In this document: one piece after another, positions 54,616-64,000 of the stretch
Layout of the letters: each line of letters opens with the position of its first letter
How positions within the stretch are numbered: the first letter of the stretch is position 1
Origin: an uncultured Spartobacteria bacterium
GTDB lineage: Bacteria; Verrucomicrobiota; Verrucomicrobiia; Chthoniobacterales; UBA6821
Length of the DNA stretch: 64,000 bases
Direction: 5' to 3'
Assembly: GCA_903826635.1 (NCBI GenBank)
Contig: CAIKFI010000030.1
Location: 4,414 to 68,413 of the forward strand
Position numbers and translations under genes: made by a program
Notes under the pieces: generated by a model
What the model was told of the DNA's origin: nothing
The model's input: only the letters and a program-made list of their open reading frames with translations
Databases searched by the model: none

Positions 54616-55497
54616 TTACTCCAAATTGGCGACCTGTTCACGGATTCTGTCAAGTTCGGCCTTTGATTGGACGACCCGTTGCGAGATGGCTGCTTCACCG
54701 GCCTTGTTGCCGAGCGTGTTGAATTCCCTGAACATTTCCTGCGCCAAATAGTCCAGTGTGCGGCCGGCCGGTTCCATACCTTGCAACGCCTCGCGACACT
54801 GATGCAGGTGACTGTCTAGCCGTGTCAATTCCTCGGTGATGTCACTGCGCTCCGCAAGGAATGCCAGCTCCCTGGCAAGGGTTGGATCGTTGGCAGGCAA
54901 TGGGAGACCCAGTTCTTCAAGACGCGCCTTCAACTGCTCGCGCCGATGGCGCAGGACGTGTGGAACCTTTACCCGGATCGCCTTGGTTGCAGATTCCAGC
55001 AACTTCACCCGCTTCAGCAGATCCGTGACAAGATGCGCCCCTTCCTTGCGGCGCATCATCGTCATCCGCTCCAGGGCCTGTGCGAGGGCCCCTTGTAATA
55101 AGGGCCAGAGGACCTCGGGCCCCGGGGCCTCCTCGGTAGAGATCCTCAGCACTCCGGGGGCCTTGAGGATCAGCTCCAACGTGATCTCGCCCGGAAGTGA
55201 GAGGACTTCCTGAAGAGCTCTCATTTCCTGGAGCGCCTTGCGTGCGGCGACCATGTCCACGATATTTTGGCCGGACGTCTGCTGTCCCGAATACTCCAAG
55301 GTGACGTTGATGTTCACCCTGCCCCGTTGGACACTTTTCTGCACTGCTTCGCGCACTTTCAGCTCCAGCGAAGCAATCGTTTTTGGCAGGGCGACGGAAA
55401 TCTCGAGGCCTTTTCTGTTCACGGAGCCGCATTCCACGTTGATTCTCCATCCTTCTGTTGCCGCGTTGCCGCGACCATGTCCGGTCATGCTCACCAT
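54616..55497 (-). CDS. yicC: YicC-family protein (stress-induced, putative endoribonuclease)
   Basis: MTGHGRG N-terminus and conserved C-terminus EMFREFNTLGNKA...KAELDRIREQVANLE. Conserved yicC-gmk adjacency. Confidence 0.85.
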   Translation of the reverse strand: MVSMTGHGRGNAATEGWRINVECGSVNRKGLEISVALPKTIASLELKVREAVQKSVQRGRVNINVTLEYSGQQTSGQNIVDMVAARKALQEMRALQEVLSLPGEITLELILKAPGVLRISTEEAPGPEVLWPLLQGALAQALERMTMMRRKEGAHLVTDLLKRVKLLESATKAIRVKVPHVLRHRREQLKARLEELGLPLPANDPTLARELAFLAERSDITEELTRLDSHLHQCREALQGMEPAGRTLDYLAQEMFREFNTLGNKAGEAAISQRVVQSKAELDRIREQVANLE

Positions 55498-55502
55498 AAA
55501 AA

Positions 55503-58500
55503 TTATTGGTTGTTCTGTTTAGCAGCGCTCCAGGCCAATCGCCATCCCCAAGGCGATCCGTGAAAGCCGAGCGAGGCAGATTCGATGGATTCCGAAGATC
55601 CGGAGATTTTCCCATCTTGCCTTTCAGCGAGTAGCATGTTCTGACGAATCCATGCGGGGGTCTGATTCAAGAATTCTCCCGCTTCTTGATCCGGATTTTT
55701 TGCGGTGCCGGGCGTTGCCAATGCAAGCAGTTGATCCGGTCCTGATCCCTCCACAGCTCCCAGGGATTCGACATGGATGGTCTCTGGAGTTGCGGCAATC
55801 TCCAGCGAAATCAGGCCCATGCGCGTCATGCCGTATGCCGTTGTCTTGAAGCGACTCTTCCCACCAGCAACCACCAACCTGGCCTCAGGGAAGTAGAACG
55901 GACCGCAGGGGAGCTCGACCTGCCCGTTCCGCAAAAGAACCATGCCGTCCAGATTCGGCGCAACCGCATCCCCGGACAACGTCAGATCCAAGGCAATGCC
56001 AGGGGTCTCATGTTCCCCTTTGGCAGGCAACGCTTGTGGTCTTTCCAGCGGAATCACACCATGGGTGTTCAACCCGATTTGCACCTGCATGGTGCCGAGT
56101 ACCGACGAGGAGTTTTCCATCCCCGGAATCTTCTCCATCGGGACGGAGATTCCGGGGGGACAGAAGCTCGGGGTCAATCGGAGCGGGATCTTTCCTGACA
56201 TGGATTTCATTGCAATGGTTCCCGATAACACCGGGCCCCCCGCAGGCTTGATGTCCACTCTCAAATCAGCGTTCCCTATACCATGGAGTTCCTTGCCAAG
56301 TTGAATAGGAAGGCTCTCCCCCGCCAACTCCAGATGCCCTTCACTCTGTTCATGACTCCAATTCAGATCTCCAGAAAGTTTCACAGGCCTTCCGTTGTAA
56401 TCCGCGAACCCGGAAGTGATCACCGCTTTGGTGGAATCGAGTGATAGGGGCACCCGAATTTGATCCAATCTTTGGGATCCGATGAGCGCGGCACTCTCGG
56501 ACTCCAGCAGGAGGTCTCCAAGGAGGGTTGGATGATCCAGGGTGCCGTCCAGATTGAAGGATCCGGTCAGCGCGCTCCCTTTGAACGGCCACCAACCGAG
56601 GCCCATCAGCGAGGCCCATCCGTCCAGGGACACATGCTCTGCTTTTGCCTTTACGTGGATGAGACCCGGTGCTTTCGCTAACTTTAATTGTCCCAGATCC
56701 TTGGTCATGTGCAGCGGGCCCTCGAACTCGATTTCAAGCGGGGTTATCTTTTCTGCTGTCTGCTTGAGTGATCCCTTGATCCCTCTCTTTGCCGCATCAA
56801 CCTTCAGTTCAAGATCCATGGGTTGCTCTCCAGCCTGCGACACAAACCGCCCGATACTGACACCAGCGTGAATTTCCGGGTTTTCTAGCGTGCCCAAGGC
56901 CGTGATGTTTCCCTCTAGGACTCCTGTCATACGGATCCTCTGCCCCAACACTTCCTCGATCTCCTCCGCCTTGATGCCGTGAAGGCTGAGATTGATTCCA
57001 AAAGGTGCGCTGATCTCGAGCGTTTTTATCACCTCTCCATTTTCCCAGACATCTGTGGCATCCAAAGGGAGCTGAATGCTTCCCTCGACGAGCGGTGTGG
57101 CCTTCTGGCCACGGATCGCCCTGATTCCGGTGGCTTCAAACATTTTTTGGGTGGCGTTCAGCTTGAGCAGGAGTTTTAGATCATCCAATAGGAATTCGGC
57201 TTTGCTCAGTTGCAGATGTCCCGGAGCATATGCGCCTTCGAACGTTCCGGACATGCCTGTTGCTGTCCATTTGCTGATCCATTCCGTGACGCTGGCCTGA
57301 AACGATCCGGTATGCGTTTCGCTGGTTCCCTCACCCTGCCAGGAACACTTGACAGCACCGCCACCGATGATCGCTGCCGTCCTGATTCCGAGTTGGGCAA
57401 GCCGCTTGGTGAGGTTGCGTACGTCGATCTGTGCGGAGGCCTTGTAGGCGTGGGGGGCGCTATTTTGCACGCTTCCTTCCAAGGCGATTTTGTCTTGCCC
57501 GCTCCAAGCCTCCAACTGGTTGAGCACGATGTGGTCTCCCTCGAATAGCAGATCCCCTTTCAACCAATCCACTGGAAGACCGTGGACTCTCATTCCCACG
57601 CCCTGAAGGTTGCAATAGCCGGTGGCCTTGTTCTGGTCGCCTCGTATTTCTCCTTCCATATCTAGGCCTCCCGAAAAGATTGCAAACTGAGATCCGGCCA
57701 ACGAGGCGAGGGCACCCGCATCATCAAGGGATGCGCTGAACGATGCGGTGAAAGGAGATTTCAGGGCATCGCGCCAGTTCGCGGGTAAATTGACCAGCCC
57801 CTTGCCAAGGAGGATATTCTCTCCCTGTTGAAGGCTTAATTCAGAAACGGTCAACTTCCTGCCGGTCAATGTAGAGGCAAGCCTCAAGGAATCCCAGCCC
57901 CTGCCGTCCCAGCGAAAATCATTTGCGGCAAGCCTGAGCGAACAATCGGCGTCCATTGGATGAGCGGGATCCCCGCGGAAGGTTAGACGTGCCTGCCCGA
58001 TGGTTCCCGAGGCCCGATGATTTTGTCCCATCAACTCTGCAAGCGCTCCTAACTGAAGATTTTCTCCCACCATGGTGACTTGCATGGTTCCCGGTGACCC
58101 CATGGAACCATCTCCCCTTAGCAAGGCCTTGCCAACCCCCCCGCGGATTCCGAAATCCATTCGATCCCGATGAAGTGCCAGCGTCAGTTCCTGCAATGTC
58201 AGATCCTTGCCCAAATTCAGTTTTTCCAAGTGCAGGGTGGTTCCGTCCCAGTTGGCGGCAGCAGCTCCCTGGGCGAAGGTTTCGTGCAATGATCCCAGGT
58301 CGAGTTGGGCTTCCTGATAGGATACCCTGCCGGCCCAGCGGTCGGGAAGATTCACTCCGATACCGCTGAGAGAGACTCTATAGGCGTCCCCGATGATCAC
58401 CATGTCCATCGGACCGCCCTCTATGGCACTGGGAAAAAATATCTCCGGCTTCAGGAATGTCCTTCCCTTGATGGAGTTCTTTGCTCCGTTTTCCTCGGTG

Positions 58501-58994
58501 ATCTCACGCCGATCGACCAGCAGTTTGCCGCTGAGAATTTTCATCTCCTGGATAAGCCTTCGGTTTTTCGATGCCTGTAGGAGATGCCACGGTTGGATGG
58601 GCTTGATTTCCATACGGGCGCATCTCCACGAACTTCGGTGGGCGGGCGGCCCGAATACAAACTCCACATCCGTAGCTCTAAAAAATCCGTTTTCCGCGTA
58701 ATCCAATGTTCCGATCGTCAGTTGGTCTCCCTGAACCCAACTTAAACACGTCAGCACGGCGTGAAGTGTCCCGCATGCCAGCGGCACAAAAAACACCCAC
58801 ACGGCCAACATCACGGCCAACAACACCAAAGCAGCCCATGCCGTCGGCGTGGAAGATCTTGCCGGCGGGTGTTCTATTGGGGATGTCTTTTTGGTATACA
58901 CGCTCGGTTGAGGGTGAATGGTGAAAAGATAGTATGGCTTGAGTCCCTGAAAAAACCCGCTAAAAGCACGCCTCCCCGGTAGCTCGCCATACAA
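55503..58994 (-). CDS. Very large membrane-anchored beta-rich protein (AsmA/TamB-like, tentative)
   Basis: 1163 aa. One N-terminal TM (AWAALVLLAVMLAVWVFFV), then a long Gly/Leu/Ser/Thr-rich sequence with repeated ..L.G.L.L.G.. segments, as in TamB/AsmA-type proteins. The family call is by pattern only. Confidence 0.4.
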   Translation of the reverse strand: MYGELPGRRAFSGFFQGLKPYYLFTIHPQPSVYTKKTSPIEHPPARSSTPTAWAALVLLAVMLAVWVFFVPLACGTLHAVLTCLSWVQGDQLTIGTLDYAENGFFRATDVEFVFGPPAHRSSWRCARMEIKPIQPWHLLQASKNRRLIQEMKILSGKLLVDRREITEENGAKNSIKGRTFLKPEIFFPSAIEGGPMDMVIIGDAYRVSLSGIGVNLPDRWAGRVSYQEAQLDLGSLHETFAQGAAAANWDGTTLHLEKLNLGKDLTLQELTLALHRDRMDFGIRGGVGKALLRGDGSMGSPGTMQVTMVGENLQLGALAELMGQNHRASGTIGQARLTFRGDPAHPMDADCSLRLAANDFRWDGRGWDSLRLASTLTGRKLTVSELSLQQGENILLGKGLVNLPANWRDALKSPFTASFSASLDDAGALASLAGSQFAIFSGGLDMEGEIRGDQNKATGYCNLQGVGMRVHGLPVDWLKGDLLFEGDHIVLNQLEAWSGQDKIALEGSVQNSAPHAYKASAQIDVRNLTKRLAQLGIRTAAIIGGGAVKCSWQGEGTSETHTGSFQASVTEWISKWTATGMSGTFEGAYAPGHLQLSKAEFLLDDLKLLLKLNATQKMFEATGIRAIRGQKATPLVEGSIQLPLDATDVWENGEVIKTLEISAPFGINLSLHGIKAEEIEEVLGQRIRMTGVLEGNITALGTLENPEIHAGVSIGRFVSQAGEQPMDLELKVDAAKRGIKGSLKQTAEKITPLEIEFEGPLHMTKDLGQLKLAKAPGLIHVKAKAEHVSLDGWASLMGLGWWPFKGSALTGSFNLDGTLDHPTLLGDLLLESESAALIGSQRLDQIRVPLSLDSTKAVITSGFADYNGRPVKLSGDLNWSHEQSEGHLELAGESLPIQLGKELHGIGNADLRVDIKPAGGPVLSGTIAMKSMSGKIPLRLTPSFCPPGISVPMEKIPGMENSSSVLGTMQVQIGLNTHGVIPLERPQALPAKGEHETPGIALDLTLSGDAVAPNLDGMVLLRNGQVELPCGPFYFPEARLVVAGGKSRFKTTAYGMTRMGLISLEIAATPETIHVESLGAVEGSGPDQLLALATPGTAKNPDQEAGEFLNQTPAWIRQNMLLAERQDGKISGSSESIESASLGFHGSPWGWRLAWSAAKQNNQ

Positions 58995-59032
58995 AAATTA
59001 CAGGCCGCCGCATCAGATGATACGACGGCCTG
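58993..59032 (-). terminator. Rho-independent terminator after the FtsX-permease gene
   Basis: The minus strand reads CAGGCCGTCG-tatcatctgatg-CGGCGGCCTG (10-bp stem, one mismatch) followed by TAATTTTTG. It ends right at the start codon of the next gene. Confidence 0.7.
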
Positions 59033-59115
59033 TTGTTCCCCCCAGAACAATCTTTCAATAAGTTGAGCTTATAGGTTTTTTCACCATCTTCAATGTTTTT
59101 TGTTTTTTTCTTTGT

Positions 59116-61695
59116 TTACTCTGTGCGGAGAGCTGCGGCGGGCCGTGTTTTGGCGGCTCCGTTTGCAGGGAAATATCCTGCCACAAGGGCTGCGGCTGTC
59201 ATCCAAAGGGGCAGCAGACACATCTCCCACCATGGATAGGCCAGATCGATACTCCATCCAAAAAAGGCCTTGTTCACCACCCAGGTCAGGACCAAGGCCA
59301 GCACGGCACCACTTGCCAGGCCCACGATGCTGGCAATCATTCCGATGATCATAGCTTCACAGAGCATCATGCGAACAATCTGCCCCTTCGAAGCACCCAG
59401 GGAACGGAGAACCCCAAGATCGCGGGCCCTTTCCATCACGAGGATCCCCAGAGTCAACATCACCCCCCCGACCGCCACGGCGATCGAAATGCTTTTGAGA
59501 ACAGCCGTCACGGCAAACGTCTGGTTGAAAATCTCCAGGATCCGCGCCTTCAGGGATCGGTTACTGTAGCACACATAGGCACCCTTGCCGCCGAATCCGG
59601 AATAAAAAGCGTGGATCGCCTGATCCTGCGTTTCCTGCGGCGTGCCCGGATGAAACACGACCGCGAGCGAATTCACGGCCTTGGTTCCCCAAATCCGTGC
59701 AAAATAGTCCGCGTCGATCATGGCGATTCCCCGATCCCGGGTATAGTCCCGGTACAGGTCCACGACCTTAAGGGAGAGGGGCCCTCCAGGTCCTCGAAGC
59801 TTCAACCTATCGCCGGGCCCAAGGTTCAGCCTGCGCCCGAGACTTTCCGACAAGGCCACCGTCCCACCCCCGACCAGGGCCTTCATCTTTTTATCCACTT
59901 CCCCATGGAGGAAATCGACGGATCCCCGGGAAGGACCCGCAACGACTCCGAGCGTTACCTGTTGGTCTTCCACAGTCCGGGCTTCAATTTCACGAAACGT
60001 TCCCACGGCTGACACCTCCGGTCTTTTTGCCCACCACGCTGCAGCACCCTCGGGAAGCGTGTGCTCCAATCCAAGCAGCTCATTTGCGGCAGGCGCAATG
60101 AATAGATCCGCTGTTAGCGTCCTCTCCGCCCATGCCACAACGCTCCCTCGGAAAGAATGGATCATCACGCTGATGCCGACGGTCATCGCCGCCGCCGCCG
60201 CCAATGCCGCAATCGTCGGGGCTGTCCGGTGCAGGGATCGCATGGTCTGTTCCAGCGCGATTCGCACGATCACGCCACCCGGGAACCATTGCCGGAGATT
60301 CAGCATTCTTAGGACATAAGCTACGAATACCATCGTGAGCGGAACCCACAATGAGAACCCTGCCATGACGCAGAACGCTGCAACGAATCCCAACAGCGGA
60401 GTTCCTCCGTTCAGAGCACCCAGCGAAAAGACCAATGCACCCACCAGCAACCCGAATCCCACCAGGGCCAGCTTCCCGGAATGCAGTGGGAAGATTTCTT
60501 GTGCCGATCCGGGATGCAGAACCTTCGACGGATCGACACCCGCTGCCTGACGTGCAGGAATCCAAGAGGCCAACATGGAAGCACCCGTCCCAACGATGAT
60601 GCCTACGAGGGCTTCGAGGGGGGTAGGCCATCCTCCGTTGGTATCCACCGGCAGGTAGAGAGCAGTGACGGTTTGTGCCACCGGTCTCGCCAGCACTGCG
60701 GCTAGCAGCGGGGAAAGCAGGACCCCCATGGCGGATCCCACCACGCCGCTAAAAGCAGATTCCACCAGCACCAGACCTAGGATAGTGCCTCGCCCTGTTC
60801 CCATGGCCCTCATGATGCCGAGGGAGACCCTGCGCCTGACCACCGCGGCGGCGGCGGAATTCCCGACAAAGAACATTCCAACCATCAGTGAAACGAGGCT
60901 AAGCGCGCTCAAGTTGAGACGGAACGCGGAGAGCATGATCTCCACCTGCTGGGTACGCCTAGATGGGGGTTCGACCTGGACGTCCGCAGGGAGATGGGCG
61001 CGCAGTCGCTCGACCACATCCTTCCGTTCCTTTGGATCGCGGAGTCTGATAAGTATGGCTGACAGCGTCCCGGTTTTCCCGACCCACTCTTGGGCTGCAC
61101 CCAGATCCATGGCGGCAACCCCTGCACTGCCATCGGACGACATCGCATCATTTCTGGCGATATAACGGATCTGCAGCCGCCGGGGCTCACCGGGACCCTG
61201 CAGACTGATGGAATCCCCTTGTCTCAGATGATGGTGTTTCAAAAATCCCTCCGTCACGGCCAACCCATCATCCCGCGCAAGCCATTCCGACAAATCACCC
61301 TGACCTGCAGATCCGAACGAAGGCCTCAGGGGAAACAAATCGGCGGCGCTCAGTGGATCGATACCAATCAGATGCAGCGACTCCCCGGGGTTCTCTGGGA
61401 GTGTCACCATCGCTTCGACCAAAGGTGTTGCGATGGCCACGCCCTCACATGCCTGCACCTCCGGAAGGACCTCCTCTGGAATGCTTCCTCGAATCTCCAG
61501 ATCCGCACTGCCGGTTATGATCGAGAATGCCTGGCGAAAGCTTCCCATGGCACTGCGGTTGGCTATCGTGATGGCGAGAAAGACCGCCACCCCCAGGGCA
61601 ATACTCAGCATTCCTAGCATCGCGGCGCGCGGTTTAAAGACCATCGGCCGGAAGGAACCCCTCCAGCAGATGAGACTCCCAGAAATCATGCTCAT
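59116..61695 (-). CDS. ABC-transporter permease with duplicated FtsX domains (MacB/YbbP-like)
   Basis: 859 aa in two TM1/large-periplasmic-loop/TM2-4 modules. The N-terminus MLGMLSIALGVAVFLAITIAN is typical of the family. No cognate ATPase gene is adjacent. Confidence 0.8.
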   Translation of the reverse strand: MSMISGSLICWRGSFRPMVFKPRAAMLGMLSIALGVAVFLAITIANRSAMGSFRQAFSIITGSADLEIRGSIPEEVLPEVQACEGVAIATPLVEAMVTLPENPGESLHLIGIDPLSAADLFPLRPSFGSAGQGDLSEWLARDDGLAVTEGFLKHHHLRQGDSISLQGPGEPRRLQIRYIARNDAMSSDGSAGVAAMDLGAAQEWVGKTGTLSAILIRLRDPKERKDVVERLRAHLPADVQVEPPSRRTQQVEIMLSAFRLNLSALSLVSLMVGMFFVGNSAAAAVVRRRVSLGIMRAMGTGRGTILGLVLVESAFSGVVGSAMGVLLSPLLAAVLARPVAQTVTALYLPVDTNGGWPTPLEALVGIIVGTGASMLASWIPARQAAGVDPSKVLHPGSAQEIFPLHSGKLALVGFGLLVGALVFSLGALNGGTPLLGFVAAFCVMAGFSLWVPLTMVFVAYVLRMLNLRQWFPGGVIVRIALEQTMRSLHRTAPTIAALAAAAAMTVGISVMIHSFRGSVVAWAERTLTADLFIAPAANELLGLEHTLPEGAAAWWAKRPEVSAVGTFREIEARTVEDQQVTLGVVAGPSRGSVDFLHGEVDKKMKALVGGGTVALSESLGRRLNLGPGDRLKLRGPGGPLSLKVVDLYRDYTRDRGIAMIDADYFARIWGTKAVNSLAVVFHPGTPQETQDQAIHAFYSGFGGKGAYVCYSNRSLKARILEIFNQTFAVTAVLKSISIAVAVGGVMLTLGILVMERARDLGVLRSLGASKGQIVRMMLCEAMIIGMIASIVGLASGAVLALVLTWVVNKAFFGWSIDLAYPWWEMCLLPLWMTAAALVAGYFPANGAAKTRPAAALRTE

Positions 61696-64000
61696 CGTTT
61701 TCCTTCCGAACCTGCCCGGAACGAGGCCAACCGCAACCGCTTTTCCATCCGCATCTTGAGATTCCTTTCCTCGATTTTTCCACCTTCCTTGGTGCGAAGA
61801 TAAAAAACGTCCAAGGCCGCTTTCTGCTCCGTTGCGATTCGCGCGGCTTCGATCGAGATTCCTCCATGGGAAACGGCGCGAAGCAGGTGATAGAGTAGTC
61901 CGATCCTGTCGGGGGCCTGCACTTCGAGAATCGTGCAGGTCGGATGTGCGTTGTTATTGATCTTCACCCAAACCGGCAACTCCTCGTCCTCGGGTATCGA
62001 TGGAGAGATCCTGAGCGGTTGCTTGGGTTCGGGAACGAGGCTGCTACCCGGTGCCATCAGTGACTCCCTGAGCCGTTGCTCAAATTGTCTGCGCTCCCGC
62101 TCTCCGGGTAAAGGGTCGTTGCGGTGGTTGGAGACCTTGAAGATATCGAGGATCAACTTGTCCCGGCGTGTGAAAACATCTGCTCCCAACACATTGATCC
62201 CTGCTCCGAGAAAGGAGGCCGCCACGCGTTCCAACAATCGATCGCGGTCCCAACCGCAGAGGATCACCTCCGTATATCCTGCTTCGGGGTGGTCGACCCA
62301 CTCCACAGCCGGTTCCAGATTCGGCCCCTCTTGTTGTAAACCATGCTCAAAAAACTTTCGGAACAGCCTGATGTGGTTTGCGATTTCCTTGGCATCCTTG
62401 CCAAGCAGATACCGCTCGGGCATTCCTTCGAGATGTGACTCCGCCTCCTCCGCAAAAGCCATCGGCAGATGCCCCGTCACCTGACTCCGGAGATCATCCA
62501 TCCTTTTTTTCCTTTCCTGCAGGAACCCTTCGCTGTCGATCAGATACTTTCGGGTTTCGTGGTAGAGCTTCCAGACCAGCTGCTCCTTCCAGTCACTCCA
62601 GCTCTCGTCGCTGGTACCCATGCCGTCGGCCAGGGTGATAACCATGAGGGCGTCAAGAATGATGGGGTCCTTGATGATCTTAGCGAATTCTTCCACGGTT
62701 GCCGGATCGTCGATATTTCTGGAGCGGGCAACCTTGCTGATCTCTCCGTGTGCATCCACGAGGGTGACAAGCATCTTGAGCCGCTTCACGTCGAGTTGGA
62801 GCCTGCGGCCCAACTTGAGTGCGGCCATGGCGCTCGCCTCTTCATGATTGTGGGTGTTTGCCGCCTTACCCGTATCGTGGAGCAGCATGGCCAGATAAAG
62901 GACGGATGCATCCTCAAAACGTCTGAAGAGTTCACCATACCGTTGCAGCTTCAAATCCTTGGTAAAAAGTAGGTCGTCGATCTTGTCGATACACCGGAGG
63001 GTGTGTTCATCCGCCGTGTATCGATGGAAGAACTCGTGCTGAACGAGGCACGTGAGGGGAGCAAACTCCGGCAAATATTTTCCCAGAAAACCGAGATCGT
63101 GCATGAGGCGCAAAAGGCGTCCCACCTCTCCTTTTCGGGAGAGGATATCGAGGAAGATTGTCCGGATCTCCTTGTTGTATTGGAAAGGTCGATCCACTAG
63201 CCTAAGGCGACGTTTCACTAAATCCTCCAGTTCCGCGGAAAATTTCAGCTGTCTCTTTTGGGCCAGTTGAAAGGCTCTCATCATCCGTGCCGGATCCTTG
63301 TTGAAAATATCCCTGGCCTTCGGAAAGATCTCTTCCCCCCGGATCTCCATCTCATCCACTTTTTTCACCCTCGTTCCCAGGATGGTTCCCAGAAAGGTTG
63401 TCCTCATTCCGCGTTGCTCGCGGATGTGGCCTAGCGCCAAGGTTGTAATGAGATGGATTTCTCTCGTGTGTTGGTAATAGTCACGCATGAAGGCTTCGCA
63501 CCTTCTGAGCATGTTCTTTTCCGGATAGGCCAGTGCTGTGGCCACCTTGCCCTGTAATTGAAGGGTCAGTTGTTCCGACGCTCGCCCTGTCTGATAGTGC
63601 ATCTCCGTGCGGACTCTCAGGAGAAAATCATGTGCTTCCTCCAGCTTCTTCCTTTCCTTACCATGTAGGATCTGTTCCTCGACAAGCCTAGCGAGGCTGT
63701 AGGCTCCAGAATGAAACATACCGGTCCAGAGGAGATTTTGATAGTCCCTGAGTCCTCCGCAGCCCGACTTGATGTTCGGTTCCTGCATGAAGACGCTCGA
63801 GCCATACTTCGCCCTCAATTCTTTCAAGTTTTCCATGCGAAAGTGGATGTAGCTTTTCTCCTGACCAATAACGCAGGACCGTTCGAATTTTTTCCGGAAC
63901 TCCTCGAAGATTTTTCTCTCCCCGGCAAGACATCGGCTTTCTAGCATTGCTGTCTTCGCCATCATGTCGACATTTGCCTGCTCGATGGCCCCTTGGATGG
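61692..64000 (-). CDS. glnD: [Protein-PII] uridylyltransferase/uridylyl-removing enzyme (5'-partial; runs off the window)
   Basis: GlnD central region, HD domain (LLHDTGKA) and two C-terminal ACT domains (..APDRIGLLYHLLRAV..). The reading frame stays open to position 64000, so the N-terminal nucleotidyltransferase domain is outside the window. Confidence 0.85.
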   Translation of the reverse strand, partial: IQGAIEQANVDMMAKTAMLESRCLAGERKIFEEFRKKFERSCVIGQEKSYIHFRMENLKELRAKYGSSVFMQEPNIKSGCGGLRDYQNLLWTGMFHSGAYSLARLVEEQILHGKERKKLEEAHDFLLRVRTEMHYQTGRASEQLTLQLQGKVATALAYPEKNMLRRCEAFMRDYYQHTREIHLITTLALGHIREQRGMRTTFLGTILGTRVKKVDEMEIRGEEIFPKARDIFNKDPARMMRAFQLAQKRQLKFSAELEDLVKRRLRLVDRPFQYNKEIRTIFLDILSRKGEVGRLLRLMHDLGFLGKYLPEFAPLTCLVQHEFFHRYTADEHTLRCIDKIDDLLFTKDLKLQRYGELFRRFEDASVLYLAMLLHDTGKAANTHNHEEASAMAALKLGRRLQLDVKRLKMLVTLVDAHGEISKVARSRNIDDPATVEEFAKIIKDPIILDALMVITLADGMGTSDESWSDWKEQLVWKLYHETRKYLIDSEGFLQERKKRMDDLRSQVTGHLPMAFAEEAESHLEGMPERYLLGKDAKEIANHIRLFRKFFEHGLQQEGPNLEPAVEWVDHPEAGYTEVILCGWDRDRLLERVAASFLGAGINVLGADVFTRRDKLILDIFKVSNHRNDPLPGERERRQFEQRLRESLMAPGSSLVPEPKQPLRISPSIPEDEELPVWVKINNNAHPTCTILEVQAPDRIGLLYHLLRAVSHGGISIEAARIATEQKAALDVFYLRTKEGGKIEERNLKMRMEKRLRLASFRAGSEGKR

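Overview
This 64-kb window is a gene-dense chromosomal segment, roughly 58-60% GC by eye, with about 66 protein genes, most on the minus strand. I found no rRNA, tRNA, CRISPR array, transposase or prophage. The host makes LPS (kdsA-lptC-lptA-lptB, lptF/G, lpxA, hldD). The futalosine menaquinone enzyme, HprK/HPr without other PTS parts, a Lys/Ala-rich histone-like protein and many starts without a Shine-Dalgarno suggest a PVC/Verrucomicrobia-like lineage, but that is inference only.

Most genes are housekeeping:
- Replication, repair and translation: dnaX-ybaB, dinG, cysS, miaA, dus, an ABC-F ATPase.
- Nucleotide and cofactor metabolism: queF-queC-queE, hisI, thyA-folA, ispF, gmk, coaC, apt.
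- Carbon and nitrogen control: two pfk paralogues, partial glnD, a PhoR/PhoB-like two-component pair.
- Cell envelope: two S11 D-Ala-D-Ala carboxypeptidases and a PAP2 phosphatase.

Items worth a second look, most interesting first:
1. A 7-TM protein 3 nt downstream of pfkA (24330-25250) aligns by eye, without gaps, to proteorhodopsin and Gloeobacter rhodopsin helices B-C and G. It has Phe at the Schiff-base lysine position and Ala at the proton-acceptor Asp position.
2. A second ExbB-ExbD-TonB-like set (43309-46736) is preceded by a 410-aa protein with a Roadblock/LC7 (MglB-like) C-terminus and followed by a translationally coupled membrane zinc-ribbon protein.
3. Next to that cluster is a 771-nt non-coding gap carrying an 11-14-nt motif (ACTTATTCACA). 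The same motif occurs as a 21-nt-spaced direct pair in the promoter of the histone-like gene.
4. A family of short CT-rich/AG-rich intergenic motifs resembles the 16S 3' tail. They sit just upstream of several start codons and bracket thyA and a phd/vapC cassette.
5. hprK-ptsH are fused to the end of the kdsA-lpt operon.

All functional calls come from reading motifs in the translations. No database search was possible.
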